This document shows positions 62,428-64,000 of a DNA stretch of 64,000 nucleotides, piece by piece. Source of the DNA: Macrostomum lignano. Taxonomy: Eukaryota. The translations under genes and the position numbers were made by a program. Position 1 is the first letter of the stretch; each line of letters begins with the position of its first letter. The stretch is taken from positions 62,001-126,000 of the forward strand of contig NIVC01001237.1 of the NCBI GenBank assembly GCA_002269645.1, given 5' to 3'. The notes beneath the pieces were generated by a model. The model worked only from the letters and a program-made list of their open reading frames with translations, did no database searches and was not told where the DNA came from.

Positions 62428-63947
62428 TTGCCAATGGACCACGCTGAAACGCTGGACCTGATCTGCAGTTTAGAGCGAGAAATTTTCTGTTCGGCAACCG
62501 ACACCACAGATTCTGAGGACAGATGGAGGTCTGCGACATCTGCGGCTGCTGAAACTTCCGTGTCGGCTGGTGCTGTTGTGTCGCCCGAGTCGTCTGAAGG
62601 CGACCCGGATCTCATTGTTCAGCAACAGCAGGAGCAGCAGACTAAAGCAGCCGCCACCATAACACTGGTTAAGTTGGAGCCGTCACAAAACCGGCAAAAA
62701 GTTGAACAGGAGGAAGTCGGTAGTCATGCCAACAACAACAACACCAACAATAATAACAACAATGAGGATGCAGCCACTGCTGCTGCTGCTGATAACGATT
62801 TGACACCGCCTCGAGTGTACAAACCTTGCGTTGTGTGCGGCGACAAGAGCTCCGGTTATCACTACGGTGTCAGCTCGTGCGAAGGCTGCAAGGTGAGGCA
62901 CCAGTTTTAAGATTTGTGAAGTTTAAAATGTGATCTGTTGCTTAGTGTTAGTCTTGGCCTGTAGTGTAACATGTGATCTGTAGCTTAGGGTTAGTCTTGG
63001 CCTGTAGTTTAACATGTGATCTGTAGCTTAGTGTTAGTCTTGGCCTGTAGTTTAACATGTGATCTGTAGCTTAGTGTTAGTCTTGGCCTGTAGTTTAACA
63101 TGTGATCTGTAGCTTAGTGTTAGTCTTGGCCTGTAGTTTAACATGTGATCTGTAGCTTAGGGTTAGTCTTGGCCTGTAGTTTAACATGTGATCTGTAGCT
63201 TAGGGTTAGTCTTGGCCTGTAGTTTAACATGTGATCTGTAGCTTAGGGTTAGTCTTGGCCTGTAGTGTAACATGTGATCTGTAGCTTAGGGTTAGTCTTG
63301 GTCTGTAGTGTAACATGTGATCTGTAGCTTAGGGTTAGTCTTGGCCTGTAGTTTAACATGTGATCTGTAGCTTAGGGTTAGTCTTGGCCTGTAGTGTAAC
63401 ATGTGATCTGTAGCTTAGGGTTAGTCTTGGCCTGTAGTGTAACACCAGGGTTGATCTAGGCCCCTGGAGTGCAGCCTACAAAGAACATGTACTTACTTTG
63501 ATAATCGTACACGTAAAACGTTCCAACCAAACGTTCTTACAGGGCTTCTTCCGTCGCAGCATTCAGAAGAGTCTCGTGTACAGCTGTCAGAAATCCGATC
63601 AATGCGAGGTGACCAGACAGACCAGGAACAGGTGTCAGTCTTGCCGGCTGAGAAAGTGCATCGCTGGCGGCATGTCTAGGGAGGCTGTTCGAACCGATGC
63701 GACATCATCGGGAACAGTGAGAACAGCTCAAGCCTGCCAGCAGCAGCAGCAGCAGCAGTTGCTGTCAGAGTCAGACACTCAATTGTTGGAATCACTGAGC
63801 CGAGCCTACGCAGAGCTGATTGACAGACGAGTTGACAAGAATTCCGTCGAAGAAGAATCTGTTGCAGATTCTGAGGCGCAGATAAGCGGAGACAATGAAA
63901 CTGATGCGGGGGCGGAGAGAGTCTGGCAGCTCACTGACCTGCTGTCG
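62428..63947 (+). CDS. RAR: Retinoic acid receptor (NR1B)-like nuclear receptor, 5' part only
   Basis: Exon 62428-62892 ends [29 protein letters not shown]; exon 63543-63947 begins [38 protein letters not shown] and the CEGCK|GFFRR intron position fit RAR. Gene continues beyond the window; start codon uncertain. Confidence 0.85.
62925..63445. repeat. 43-bp minisatellite in the RAR DBD intron
   Basis: Unit TAGCTTAG(G/T)GTTAGTCTTGGCCTGTAGT(T/G)TAACATGTGATCTG. Confidence 0.96.
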
Positions 63948-64000
63948 GTGAGTTCACAGTCGCATTGTACTGGCTGTTTATTGAATAATAATGTGGCATG

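Noticed and set aside
954-63445. Regularly spaced repeats as possible CRISPR arrays
   Set aside because: Units are head-to-tail with no unique spacers, there are no cas genes, and the DNA is eukaryotic.
954-63445. Six-bp palindromes (TGTACA, TTCGAA, GGCGCC, CTGCAG, GAGCTC) in many repeat units
   Set aside because: With 64 possible palindromes, a 25-60-bp unit often contains one by chance.
50420-63445. Interstitial telomere or chromosome fusion site
   Set aside because: TTAGGG occurs only once or twice per longer unit, never as (TTAGGG)n runs.
2452-63947. LRAT-family gene and RAR in one window as a retinoid gene cluster
   Set aside because: They are 59 kb apart with unrelated genes between; the protein looks PLAAT-like and nothing shows retinol acyltransferase activity.

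Overview
Eukaryotic (animal, most likely invertebrate) genomic DNA, not prokaryotic: spliceosomal GT-AG introns throughout and an RAR-type nuclear receptor. The species cannot be identified from the window. Reconstructing splice sites by hand gives seven protein-coding genes and one disrupted gene: an intronless PLAAT/LRAT-family (H-box/NC) gene (+), a disrupted C-type lectin/PAN-like gene (+), a complete 14-exon beta-spectrin (-, about 2387 aa), a 4-exon SLC22 transporter (-), TMEM184C (+, 4 exons), a 3-exon four-transmembrane protein of uncertain family (+), PGGT1B (+, 3 exons) and the 5' part of a divergent RAR (+, runs off the window). No autonomous transposon ORF, RNA gene or CRISPR array is supported; one hAT-type MITE with TIRs and a target-site duplication is visible. 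The dominant architecture is about 40 tandem arrays (roughly a third of the window by my rough tally): 20 of 24 reconstructed introns carry their own, mostly unrelated, mini- or microsatellite. Most long ORFs in the supplied track are artefacts of these arrays. Best leads: the intron-by-intron minisatellite colonisation, the PLAAT gene with IRF-like upstream motifs and a coding minisatellite, the divergent RAR hinge/LBD, and a long insertion in the beta-spectrin CH1-CH2 linker. Exon coordinates were counted by eye and all give intact reading frames; repeat boundaries are approximate.
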